The notes under the pieces were generated by a model, which worked only from the letters and a program-made list of their open reading frames with translations, was not told the DNA's origin and did no database searches. From NCBI RefSeq assembly GCF_009914755.1, contig NC_060939.1: a stretch of 64,000 nt of DNA, one strand, 5' to 3'. The stretch comes from the human T2T-CHM13v2.0 reference genome, Homo sapiens. Position numbers and translations under genes: made by a program. Positions 1 through 13,439 of the stretch are shown here, piece after piece (the stretch's first letter is position 1; the number at the start of each line of letters is the position of its first letter).

Positions 1-893
1 CTCAATGTTCATCCATGTTGTTGCATATTGCAGAATTTTTCACTTTTTAAAAGCTGAATAGTATTTCATTGTATGTATATACCACAATTTCTTTATCCAT
101 TCATCTGTCAGTGAACATATGGGTCCTTTCCTTATCTTGGCTATTGTGAATTTCTTACTCACTGCGATAAACACGGATGTGATAATATCTCTTTTTTAGA
201 TCCTGATTTCAATTATTTCAGATATATACCCAAAAATGAGATGGCTGAATCATGTGGTAGTTTTATTTTTATCTCTTTGAGGAACCTCCACACTGTTTTC
301 CATAGCGGCTGTATCATTTTGCAGTCCCACCAACAGCATACACTGGTTTCAGTTTCTCCATATCCTTGCCCACACTTGTTTTTTGTTTAATTTAATTTTT
401 AATTGACAAATTTATATATATTTTTGGTGTACAACATGATGTTTTGATATATGTACACATTGTGGAATGGCTAAATTGAGCTAATTAACATATGCCCTAC
501 CTCATATGTTTACCTTTTTTTTTTTTTTTTGTGGTGAGAATGCTTACATTCTACTCTTAGCAATTTTCCGGTGTATAATAACTATAGTCACCATGATAGG
601 CAATAGATCTCTACGACTTATTCCTCCCATCTAACTGAAATTTTGTGTTCTTTGACTAACATCTCTCCAATCCTCTAACCCCCAGTCTCTTTTTCTACTC
701 TCTTTTTCTATTTGTTCAACTTTTTAAGATTCTACATGTAGGTGAGATTGTGTGGTATTTGTATTTCTGTTCCTGACTTGTTTTACTGAACATAATGTCC
801 TCCACATTCATCTGTGTTGTCTCAAGTGACAGAATGCTTTTTTTTTTTTTTTTTTGGTAATAGCCGTCCCGACAATTGTGAGGTATGATATCT
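1..893 (-). mobile_element. Old L1 (L1MA/L1MB-like), ORF2 C-terminus/3'UTR, antisense, interrupted at ~385-856
   Basis: Typical antisense L1 3' text (gttcatccatgttgttgca; gaggaacctccacactgttttccatagcggctg; gtgaggtatgatatct). Confidence 0.8.
385..856 (-). mobile_element. Nested L1MA 3' end
   Basis: gtacaacatgatgttttgatatatgtacacattgtggaatggctaaatt matches antisense L1MA 3' terminus; T-rich tail at left. Confidence 0.8.
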
Positions 894-985
894 TTATAAT
901 CAACAATAATGTATTGTATGCCTACAATTTTTTAAGAGGATAGGTCTCACGTTAAGTGCCCTTACGGCAATAAAAAAATATTTCA
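893..985 (+). mobile_element. L1MA/MB extreme 3' end, sense
   Basis: aataatgtattgtat...taagaggataggtctcacgttaagtg...aataaaaaaa. Confidence 0.6.
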
Positions 986-1214
986 AAGAAAAGTGACATG
1001 TAAATCAGCCCTTGCATGAGATTCTGAGCATCTTTAGGTGGTTTTCTCTGTGTTCTTTGCAGTGCTGAGCAGAATGCCTTTCACATACAAAGGCTCAGGA
1101 GGCATTGCCTTCCACCCGTTCCTTTAGAAGTCCTCCATGTGAATTTCTCATGCCTCTTGGAGGCTGCAGTTAAGCAAAGTCTCCATCTAAAGAAACATTC
1201 AGGGAGAAAAAGTG

Positions 1215-1415
1215 GGTATATTGGAAAGAGCAAGGGTTGAAGTCACACGGATCTGGACCGAAATCCTGACTTCGTCATATACCAGCTAGGTGACCTTGGC
1301 AGATAATAACCTCTCGGAGCCTCACCATTTTTAGAATAAAATTCAGGAAAATTGAGGGTTGTTGTAAGGATTAAAGGAGGGTAACATATGTAAAGCCTCT
1401 CATATTAAATCAATG
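1215..1415 (+). mobile_element. MIR SINE
   Basis: Core ccagctaggtgaccttggcag...aacctctcggagcctca...gggttgttgtaaggattaaa. Confidence 0.8.
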
Positions 1416-2437
1416 TTTGTGTCCTGTCTGCTTCCTTCTTTTTGGTCTGGGTATGATAAACTGATTTATGTCTTCCTGAGTGCCACTTCCCGTGCTTCCA
1501 GATTGGACACAGTATCATTCAGTGTTCTGTGGATATCATTCAGATTGTGCATGCCTTTGCACGAGGTTGGCAGGGAGCTGATAACTTATTCCAAGGACAG
1601 ACGAAAAGTGACCAAGGAATATATGGTGGTATCTTCTATGCCATTAATTCCTGCCCTTGTGATTTCAGCAGGTCAGGTGGTGGCTTTATACTTGTGAAAA
1701 TCCCACCACTATAATCTACCTTCTCATTTGTCATCAAATTTAATCCTTGCATCCAGTACCTAAATGCCCATGAAATATGTAAGCCAAAACAGCCCAGACA
1801 GCTGCAGCCAGGGAGGATATTAGTGCAGTATGAAAAATAAGCAAAGCATGAGTGATGGCAGGTAATACGCTACCTACAAATTGCCCTCTTCTTCTCATGT
1901 TCCAGTTTGGTAGGAAAAAAAGTACTTAGCCTATGCAATAAATGTCATTGGTTAATTGAAGAGTCTCCATTCACTGAGGTATAATCATGATTTTTTTTTC
2001 CCCCTATGAAATCTTCCAAACTATACTTTTGAAATCCCTCTTTCCCCAATGAGTTTCAGAAATGCTTAACACCACCTTAGCCCACATTGCATAACCTTTC
2101 ACTCACTTGCAGTTTTTAGTCTTCTTTAGCTTCTTAAGGCATTTGTAAAATATCCCTCTTATGTGCTCTCCAAGTCCCCTTTTTTCCCTGCCCCAAGCTT
2201 GGGCAGAGGCTGGGGCTGTCTCCGGGACAGCATAAAGAAGGACGTCTGGTTAGTTTGCAGCCAGCCCTCAGCTTCCAGCTTCCCCAGCCCATGTGAACTA
2301 GGGATGGGATGGGGCAGAGAGAAGGCACAACTGTGGAGCCTTGTCCTTTTCTCATGGTTCCTACTGCTTCCCTAAGTAGGCTGACCTTTGATTTCTTTTC
2401 TGAAGCAGGCCTTTGTGTATTATCCTGATTTTACATC

Positions 2438-2839
2438 TAGTACTGGTCTGCTTGGCCTGCCACAACAAAACTTCACAGACTTGGTGGCTTAAACAAAGTA
2501 AATTTACTTTCTCACAGTTCCAGATCCTGGAAGTTCCAGATGAAAGAGTTGGCAGGGCTTTTCCTGAGACCTGCCTCCTTGACTTTTAGATAATCACCTT
2601 TTCTCTGTTTCTCTGCGTGCATTTTTCCCTGTGTGCACGCCCCTGGTATCTCTCTTGTGTCCTGATCCCCTCCTCTTATAAGGATACCAGTCAGATTAAT
2701 TAGGGTCCATCCTAATGGACTGATTTTAACTTAATCACCTATTTAAAGACCCAATCTGCAAGTACTGTTACATTCCAAGGCACGAGGGGTTAGAACATCA
2801 ACATATGAATTGTGAGGGGACACAGTTCAATCCATAACA
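2438..2839 (-). mobile_element. MLT1A/B-type MaLR solo LTR
   Basis: gccacaacaaaacttcacagacttggtggcttaaaca...gggggacacagttcaatccataaca. Confidence 0.85.
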
Positions 2840-3024
2840 TATATATATTCATACATATATAATCATATATATGATATTGGCAACACACATAACTAGTTTT
2901 TTGCATATTTTACAGCTTATTAGAAACTTACATTTTTTTGCTTCTTGATACAACTGTAGGGAGTACTTACATTTTTCATGATCAACAGCTGAGAGAAATA
3001 TCTAATATGATTAACAACAAAGTA

Positions 3025-3125
3025 ATATTCAAAATAATATTGACAAGTGAACAGTGAGCAGAGAAATCAACAGTTAGAAATAAAATTTAACCAGATCAAA
3101 GTAAAACCCTGCGCTTAGGAGGGGA
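3025..3125 (+). mobile_element. CR1/L3 LINE RT fragment
   Basis: Translates IQNNIDK...IKFNQIK, resembling CR1 IQxDLdrL...MKFNxxKCKVLHLG. Confidence 0.45.
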
Positions 3126-3169
3126 AATATTGCAAAATTCTACACACAGGATCCATTTTTCCAACCCAT

Positions 3170-3895
3170 GATTCAGCACCTTTTATGTGCCAGGCACGAT
3201 TCTAGGGTTTGGAAGTACAGTGGCTAATGAGATTTTTTAAAAGGAGGGAGAGATAATAAATAAATAAATGTAAACTATAATTGCAGGTAGTACATATATG
3301 TTATTGCATATATATGCAATTGTAATGTAATTATAATTGCAGATAGTAACTTATATATGTAATGCAATTATAGTATAATTGTATTATAATTGCAAATAGT
3401 AACATGTATAATTGCATTATAATTGCAAGTCATAACATATATGTAATGCAATTATTATATATATGTGTGCATTAAAACAAATGGAATGAGATCATGGAGT
3501 GAGGTGGGACTGAGTTTAGATGAAGGGGACAGAAGGTGGTAGTTGAGTGGAGGTCTGAGAGTGCAGGGGGCAAACCTGGCAAAAGCATCCCAGGAAGATG
3601 GATGGAAGGGCCAGGGCAGCCGGCAGAGACCAGCCTCTTATGTGGAACCAAAGGGAGGCTTCTACTGGAGAATGCAGTGAAGAAGGGAGGCTTGGTAAGG
3701 TAAGTGGGGCCAAATTACACAGGGCCTGGTAGATTACTTTAAGGAGTTTGTATTTTGAGTATAAAGGGAATATCTTGGAGGGCTTTGAGCAGATCAGTGA
3801 CTTGATCTGACTCATATTTTTAAAGGACAATTATGGTAAGCCTGTGGGGACGTAATTGTGGATAGGCAAGAATAGAAATATTTAGGCAGGTTATT
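3170..3895 (-). mobile_element. L2 3' fragment interrupted by an AT-rich repeat
   Basis: ttatgtgccaggcacgattctaggg; ggagggctttgagcag...gacttgatctgactcatattttt. Confidence 0.75.
3276..3465. repeat. AT-rich degenerate minisatellite (TATAATTGCA units)
   Basis: TATAATTGCA at 3276, 3332, 3385, 3407, 3418; reverse copy at 3363. Confidence 0.85.
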
Positions 3896-3900
3896 GTACG

Positions 3901-4201
3901 TTTTATTTCTTTATTCCTTTTAGAGACAGGGTCTTGCTCTGTCACCCAGGCTGGAGTGCAGTGGTGCCATCATAGCTCACTGGAGCCTCAAACTCCTGGG
4001 GTCAAGTGATCTTCTCACCTCAGTCTTTCAAGTAGCTGGGAATGCAGGTGCATGCCACTCTGCCCAGCAAATTGTTTAATTTTTTTGAGACACAGAGTCT
4101 TGCTATGTTGCCTAGGCTAGTCTCAAACCCCTGGCCTCAAGCAATCCTCTCTCGGCCTTCCAAAGTGCTGGGATCACAGGCATGAGCCACCATGCCCTGC
4201 T
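3901..4201 (-). mobile_element. AluJ
   Basis: Dimeric antisense Alu with J diagnostics (catagctcactg, gtcttgctatgttgcc). Confidence 0.93.
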
Positions 4202-4228
4202 AGACATGTAACTCTTGACTTGACAAAA

Positions 4229-4617
4229 CTGTTGTGTACTGAAATGTGTCTCCCCCAAATTTATATCTTGCAGACCTAGCCCCCAATGTGGTGTTTGGAG
4301 ACAGGGCCTTTAAGGAGATAATTAAGGTTAAATGAGGTCATAAGGGTGGGGCCTAAATCTGATACGACTGGTGTCCTTAGAAGAAGAAGAGAGACCAAAG
4401 CTCTTGCTCTCTGCAGGCACACAGAGGAAAGGCCATGTGAGGGCATAGTGAGAAGGCAGCTGTCTGTAAGCCAGGAAGAGAGCCCTCACCTGCAACCAAA
4501 TCAGCCAGCATTTTGATCAGGGACTTCCAGCCTCCGGAATGTGAGGAAATAAATGTCCATTGTTTAAGTCACCCAGTCTGTGGTATTTTTTTATGGCATC
4601 CCAAGCAGATGAATACA
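4229..4617 (+). mobile_element. MLT1A0 MaLR solo LTR
   Basis: TG...ggttaaatgaggtcataagggtggggcc...gacttccagcctcc...aataca. Confidence 0.9.
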
Positions 4618-4854
4618 AAAACCTGACATAAAAAGCCCCTGGGAAAATTTGTTTTTATTAATATTTTTGTTTTCTTGGCCCACGTTGAATGCATGTGTCA
4701 GTGTGTGATGTGACAACCTGCATTGTTGGTGTTCGTCCCGTTCAGGAAGAGGGTAGTGACTCTGCATTCTGTACACATTAAACCATATGTGTACACATCT
4801 GTTACCACATTTCAAGAAAATGCATACAGATATGGCATGTGATAACTGTATCAG

Positions 4855-5130
4855 TAAGGAAGAGAGTTCTGGACATCGCATTGTGTGTAGAAAAGTTCAA
4901 GGAGCTGATAAAATAGGTAAAAAAGAGCTGGGGACAGATAGAAATGATGACCTCCAGAATTGAAAGGCCAATATCTTATCTAATTTCAAGATGAGGAATT
5001 TTTAGGTAGTCAGATTTTACCTGAATGTAAAAGACCACACTAGCAGAATTATTTAAACTGAAAAACATTAGAAAGCAGTAATCTCCCTTTTTCTGGAAGT
5101 AATAATCTCAGCCTAGAAAAATATTTGCAT
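4855..5130 (+). mobile_element. Possible CR1/L3 3' fragment
   Basis: gttctggacatcgcatt...gataaaat and gcagtaatctccc...ctggaagt resemble the L3 3' region. Confidence 0.35.
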
Positions 5131-5680
5131 GGTACACAGTATAGTAGATTTCCTCTTCCTTGAGGGGACAGTCACCCCTCAACACATGTGTATGGAAAGA
5201 CATTGACCAAAAAAGGGAAAAATAGATTGTTTCATGAGGCTGGGCACTAAGGTCAGATTATAGACATAACTGTAAATGTTTCAATATTATGTATGAAATC
5301 AAAGTACATCACCAGGCTCTGAATCTGCTGCATACTTCATTCATTTGTGCAGTTCTTGATTTGGTAAGTTGGCCCCAGGCAAACAAATATTCACATTATG
5401 GATTTTGATATTGCTTTTTATATTTGTGAAGTAATGAGTCAATTCCTTTTCCAATACTGAAATCATTTTAGAAACAGAATATAAATAAATGAACTTCAAT
5501 AAACAAAATAACATTATTTTTATGGTTACAGATGTAATGCCTGTTCATGGTAGAAAATATAGAAAATTATGTGTGGAATAACAGTATTCACCCAGATTCC
5601 TAGCTGTAAGAGATAATCAAGGTTAACATTTTAGCATATTTAATGCCAATCTTTTTACTATGTATAATCATGTGTACATA

Positions 5681-5831
5681 TTTTTTATTTTTTATTGTTT
5701 TTATTTAAAAAATAGACATGAGGTCTTGCTATATTGCTCAGGCTAGTCTCAAACCCCTGAGGCTCAAGCAAGCCACCTGTCTTGGCCTCCCAAAGTGCTG
5801 GGATTACAGGTATGAGCCATCACGGCTGGCC
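5681..5831 (-). mobile_element. FLAM_C Alu monomer
   Basis: Single left arm with T tail; diverged TSD aatcatgtgtacata/aaccatgtatatgta. Confidence 0.85.
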
Positions 5832-6056
5832 AACCATGTATATGTAAAACTGCAACTATATACACACACACACATCCCTTTAAAATTGAAAGTGGGTCAT
5901 TTTCTTTTCTATAATACATTGTCAGCAATGCTGTATGCCATTAATGAATTTGAAAATGTGATGTTTTAATATCTGTGCCATATTCCGTGCATAAATTTGC
6001 CATAACTTACAATATAGTTTCACATTTGACCACTGAATATTTACAGTGTTGCCAGT

Positions 6057-6489
6057 TGGTATGGTTTGGATGTGTGTCCCTGCCCAAATCTCATATTGAA
6101 ATATAATCCCCAGTGTTGGAGATGGGGCCTGGTGGGAGGTGATCGGATCAGGGGGGTGGATTTCTCACAGATGCTTTAGGACCATCCTCTTGGTGCTGTT
6201 CTCATGATAGTTCAGTGAATTCTCACTCGATCTGGTCGTTTGAAAGTGTGTGGCATCTCCCCCCTCGCTCTCTCTCTTGCTCCTGCTCCAGCCATGTGAC
6301 CTGCGTGCTCCCTGCCTTCACCTGCCGCCATGATTGGAAGCTTTCTGAGGCCGCCTTAGAAGCCAAGTAGATGCCAACATCAAGCCTCTAATACAGCCTG
6401 CAGAACCGTGAGCCAATGAGAGCCTTTTTCTTTATAAATTACCCAGTGTCAGGTTTTTCTTTATAGGAATGGGAGAACAGAATAATATA
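6057..6489 (+). mobile_element. MSTA/MSTB MaLR solo LTR
   Basis: tggtatggtttggatgtgtgtccc...ataaattacccagt; 5-bp TSD ccagt/ccaat. Confidence 0.92.
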
Positions 6490-6518
6490 CCAATGTTTCA
6501 CTGTTAGCATTAATACTA

Positions 6519-6892
<374 letters not shown>

Positions 6893-7699
6893 ATAATTAC
6901 TAGAAATGGAATTAATGGGTTAATGCCTGAATATTTGTAAAACTCTCGGTAGAAATTGTCTGTCAAACTGACCTCCAGAAAGATGATAGCACTTTCTACT
7001 CCCATGATTGGTATATAAGGCTGCCAGTTTCCAGTAGTTCATCAACTCTAAGCATGCTCTTTAAAAAGAAATTTTGTCTATTTGATAAGCAACAATGGAC
7101 TTTCAGCTTCATTGTAATTTATTTGATTAGTAAGATTGATTTTGTCTTCTATATTTAAATAGCGATTAAATTTAAAGTGATTTAAGTAGTTTCTTTTAAG
7201 GATTGTTCATGTTCTTTGCTATTTTGTTAAATTCCCGTTTGTATTTTCTTGTTAATTTGTAAGCGTGCTTCATAATGTAAAGGAATAAATTCTTTGTAAT
7301 ATATATATATATACACATTTTTAGTCTGCCACTTTTCTCTCGATCTATTTTTCATTACCACTAGCATGCAGAAGGTTTTACAAAAGTCATTTGGTTAAAA
7401 CTGTACCTCTTTTATTTTGCAATTATTTTTCTATTAAATTTATGCTTAGAAAGTTCTTTCCAACTATAAAATTGGTTATCTAATTATCTACTTAGTTATC
7501 TAATATTCAGCTGTATTTTATTTTAATGTTTAACAGCATTTAAAGACTTTTTGCCTATTATGCCTTTTATATATAGTATGAGGTATGGATCTAACTTAAT
7601 ATTTTACCATATAGTTAACTAATTGTCCCACACTGTTCACTGGATGTCTTCCTCCTCAATTACCTGATATCAAAAGTGTATTAATTCATATATTGTTAC

Positions 7700-8178
7700 T
7701 GTTAAAACTAAAATGCTTAGATAAGTTTAACAGAGTTTGAACAAAGACCAGTTTAAGAATTGGGCAGCTCTGAGAACCAGAACAGGTACTAAGAGCTCCA
7801 GTCTGTCACGTTGTCAGGAAGCGTTTATGGGCAGAAAACAGAATTGAAGATCAGAGACAAAGCTCGGTATCTTGTCCTATTTGGATCAGTTGATCATCTC
7901 TTTTTTTCTTTTTTTGAGGCTGGTCTTGAACTCCTAGACTCAAGCAATCCTCCTGCCTTGGCCTCCCAAAGTACTGTGATTACAGGCATGAATAACCATG
8001 CCCAGTCAGCCACCTGTGATTGACTGAAGCTCAGCTGATGTGCTTGGCTGAGACTCAGTTATTTGTCATAAGAGTATATTCCTAGTTAGGCTTTCAGCTA
8101 GTTCACTTAGGTTGCAGTTTGTTACGTAAGAACTCGGTTATGGAGGTATCTTCAGGCCAAATTTAGTTTAGTGTGACG
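7700..8178 (-). mobile_element. MER57/MER93-group ERV1 LTR
   Basis: Reverse complement starts aactaaatttggcctgaag...aactgcaacctaa...tgagtctcagccaa. Confidence 0.7.
7900..8008 (-). mobile_element. Alu left-arm fragment (FLAM-like) in LTR
   Basis: ggctggtcttgaactcctagactcaagcaatcctcctgccttggcctcccaaag. Confidence 0.85.
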
Positions 8179-8224
8179 TTGCTGTACTTTTATAATGACT
8201 GGAGTTTTATAAATTAATTTTGAA

Positions 8225-8345
8225 TGATATGTATACAAAATGGACAAGATGTTGATCCTTATGGAAGCTGGGCGATGGGTACATGGGAGTTTATCATACT
8301 ACTCTCTTACCTTCCTTCTTCCTTGAAAATTTCTCGAATAAAATG
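8225..8345 (+). mobile_element. L1ME/MC 3' terminus
   Basis: gaagctgggcgatgggtacatgggagtttatcatactac...ttgaaaatttctcgaataaaa. Confidence 0.7.
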
Positions 8346-8409
8346 ATTTTACTATTCTAATTAAAAGAAGTCTTTACATTTGAACTCTTATTTCTTCCTC
8401 AAGTTCAGT

Positions 8410-8955
8410 ATGTAGTCAGTTATCACCAAATCCTGACTGCTGTTGCACATCATCGCTGTCACTGATTTAGCTCAGGCAGCTCTGTCTTCCCTGGACCTCT
8501 TGTCTGCGGGGTCCCTGTTCCAGCTATCCTCACACTGCCTACCTCAGCATGCCTTTCTGTTTGCACTGGGCTCCTTTCTAGGCAAGCTGCATCATGCACC
8601 ATAAATTCTGGGCTTTGCACACTAATTGCCCTTCCCTGAACGTGCTCTGCTGCATCTCACCTGAGTTCATTTGCATCTGGCTTTCTGCCTGGAAAGCACT
8701 CACCTTCCTTGTCCGTCTGGCAAACTCGTGTGGTCCCTTTGGTACTCACATGGAGCACCAGCCTAAGAAAGCCTTCTTTGGACCTCCCTGGCAACTCCAG
8801 CCGTGAGCACAGTTCTCTCCTTGGGGCTTCCATCATTGAACACACGCTAGCGTATTTGTTTATGTGTCTTATATAAAAGGGAACCAATTCTTGTTTATTT
8901 GTATAACCTCAGTGCCTAGCAAAGGGTCAATGAATGGTTGATGCGTAAATTAAAA
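8410..8955 (+). mobile_element. L2 3' fragment
   Basis: atcaccaaatcctg; ctttgcacact; tgtataacctcagtgcctagca...tcaatgaatggttga. Confidence 0.7.
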
Positions 8956-9081
8956 GGAAAGGAAAATCTACCTTCTAAACCCACCTGAAAGAAACAATGA
9001 TTCTAAATTAGAATTTAATTATGGCACTCTTTCTGTCTCTCATTTCTGAAGTATGGTTGTACCTCTAGGTTCTGTCCTAAT

Positions 9082-10603
<1,522 letters not shown>

Positions 10604-11237
10604 TAACACCTTCTTGATGATTCTGAGGCCTGTTTTTCTTTTCCAGACCTTTGGTTTTGAGCTTGTGTGTGCTAGTTGGATGTTGTCTCCTGGTCATCCT
10701 CTCAGTTCCCTGCCCCATTAGAGCTTCTGGCTTCCCAGTTTGCCTCTTTGATATCATCACTCCCCTCTCTCTCCTCAACTTCTTTGACTGCGTGGCTCAC
10801 ATCTAATCCATCATATCCTCTCAGATATTCTCCTCAGGGTTTCTTCCATTTCACACACCTTTACATTCTTGCTGTCACCGCTGAAGCAGAAATCTCTATT
10901 GAGCCATGTGTAGGCTACTGTAGCAGCCTCCAGAACTGGATCTCTGCCCCACCCTCCTTTAAATAGTTCATTTGATTGGATTTTCCTTTATTCTGATGCA
11001 CTAAACTATTAGGATTGAATAAAATCCATTTCCCCCATCCATTCAAATCTGCTCTATGATGCTAATTCTTCCACAGCCCTTGGTTTAAATCTTAAGCAGA
11101 CCCCACAGCCTGTCCTTGTATTCTTAGATGATAAAAAAAAAATCTGATCACAAAAGTGTTAGTTCTGTGGTTAATACACAGGCCACTATAATAATTGTAA
11201 TAATCAGGGTTCTCTAGAGAAACAGAAACAATAGGAA

Positions 11238-11238
<1 letters not shown>

Positions 11239-11288
<50 letters not shown>

Positions 11289-11292
11289 AGAG
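11239..11292. repeat. (CA)n(GA)n microsatellite
   Basis: About 23 CA units followed by GA units. Confidence 0.97.
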
Positions 11293-11297
11293 ATTTA

Positions 11298-11379
11298 TTA
11301 GGTTGGTGCAAAAATAATTGTGTTTCTTGCCATTACTTTCAATGGTAAAAACTGCAATTTTACTTTTGCACCAACCTAA
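11298..11379. mobile_element. MADE1 MITE (Hsmar1-derived)
   Basis: TIRs TTAGGTTGGTGCAAAA...TTTTGCACCAACCTAA, 82 bp, flanked by TA duplication. Confidence 0.96.
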
Positions 11380-12594
11380 TATTTTAAGGAATCAACTTGC
11401 ACAATTGTGGAGGCTGGCAAGCCTGAAATTCACAGGGCAGGCCAGCGGGCCTGAGACCCAGAGCCCACAGGCAGTCTGGAGGCAGAATTCCCTGTTTTTG
11501 GGAGACCTCAGCCTTTTTCTCCTAAGGCCTTCAATGGAGTGAATGAGGCCATCCCATATTATGGAGGGTAATGTGGTTTACTTAAAGTTTACTGATTTAA
11601 ATGTTAATCTCGTCCAAAATATACCTTCATAGCCACATTTAGACTGGTGTCTGACCAAGGTGCCTAGCCAAGTTGACAGATAAAATTCACCACCACGATC
11701 ACTAAAACTTTGATCCTCATGCAAAGCTAGTTGCCCCCGTCTCCCACTGCATGGTGTCTACTTGCAGTAGGAGGGGGCTGAGTTACTACACCTTCTCCCC
11801 TGCTCACCAGGCTGCCTGTGATTCAGTGGGAGGGATGGGGGATTAGGGACAGAAATGCTTACTCAATTAGCACTTTCAGACTTGGCAGGTGGTTAAAACT
11901 GGCATCACAGCATGGTTCCCTCCTCAGCTCCTGGGCATCCAAGGCTTCCGATAGCTCCCCTTCCACTGGGGGCAGCTCTCCTGGGTGGGAGGAAGAAGAC
12001 CCAGGCAGATGTCTCTCCATGTGGCCCACGTCTAGCCACAGGCAAGACACATATACATTTTTGCCCTGACAACCTCACATCTCAACCCCATTATAAAGGC
12101 TGACAGCTTTCTCCTAAAAATAATCTTCTCTATGTCTGACCTGTTAGCACCTCAGCAGGGGTGAGGCATGAAGAGTCACAGCCAAATTTTTGGTGAATTT
12201 CTTTGTAAGTCATACAAGATGCTCTCACCCCGCACTTTGGTTTATGGCATCTGTTATCAGACCTCAGCTGAAACAGAGACTATCATTCCTTGTTATGTTT
12301 TTAGAGGGTTCTAAGTAATATTTGGCTCACTTCACTCTCCTGTTCAAAGTCCTTCAAAAGCTCCCCACTGCTAGCAGAGTTCCATCTGAGTTCCTGTCCC
12401 TGATCTGAAATGTCCAGACATCCTCTTCCTCGACTCCCCTCAAACACCACTCACTCTGCTATTGTTCTTCCACTCCACCAATGAAAAGCCTTCTCTTTAA
12501 GATCCCACTGCCTCTGTGTCCCAGAACACCCTCAGTGGAAGCAATTTTTTTCATATCTTCCTTCAGAGCATATATTCTCATTAGCAGTCATTTG

Positions 12595-12795
12595 GCAGAG
12601 TGCCAGGGTGAGAGGGCGGGCCTGGGGTTCAGGGGACCTGGTGCTGCCCCGCCTGGGTATGTGACTTTGAGCAATAATTTGCTGTCTCTGAACTTCCACT
12701 TCTCTCATCTTTATAATGACGGAAATGAGGCTATCTGAATAATGTCACGTAGTCATTGTGAAGATTAAACAAGCAGACATGTAAACTTTGCTGCA
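12595..12795 (+). mobile_element. MIR
   Basis: tatgtgactttgagcaa...tctctgaacttccacttctctcatct...ttgtgaagattaaa. Confidence 0.75.
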
Positions 12796-13439
12796 CACTG
12801 CCTGGCCTTGTGTGGATATGTGTATGGCTGCTTTCTTGGGTCTCTCTCTCTCTGATGAAGAGTCTGCGTGTGGGAGGGTGAGGGGGAGACCCGCCCTGTG
12901 GCTGAGAGTTCCGCCTACGCCGTCCCTCCTATAGCACGATGGCAACGCTTGTACACACTCAAACGAGGAACAAACACACACAGCTGAGCAACTGTGGCAA
13001 CCTGGCCTGTTTCATCAACACCTTGGGTAACCTGCTAACCCTTCTGGGAATTATCTTTCTTTGTGAGTGGGCCTCTTTCTGAGAAATGTTCTGTGATATG
13101 TGGTCAGAGGTCCCTGAGGCAGGGGGCAGCTGTGCGCAGGGCCCCACTGCACCTTGACAAGGGGAAGGCTAAGTGGTACCTACTTGTAGGTTTTCAAAAA
13201 TAAGTCAGTTTCTTTCTATTCTTCCTTTCACTCATAGCGTTTGGTGAAGAAAATGTTGAAATCTAACTATATCGTAATCTCCTTAAGGACTCAGTATATG
13301 GCATAACCCAGGCAGCCAACCATAGACTGGATGGTCACGCAGCCTCCAGTGACGTCCCCCAGTGTCATGTTTGCCCTGCTTACATGGTCACTGGACATTG
13401 CTGTTTGACCCAAGGATAAAGCCACATGGCTCATGGTGC

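Larger units (their letters stand above)
11197..11697 (-). mobile_element. MLT2 (ERVL) solo LTR containing (CA)n and MADE1
   Basis: cagggttctctagagaaacagaa...ctagccaagttgacagataaaatt. Confidence 0.9.

Noticed and set aside
1413-1714. 94-aa and 61-aa ORFs in unique sequence
   Set aside because: No recognisable domain or exon structure; the first starts in a MIR tail; lengths are within chance
11960-13130. CTCF-like GGGGGCAGC cores at ~11968 and ~13122
   Set aside because: The 5' half (CCASYAG) does not match well enough to support a call
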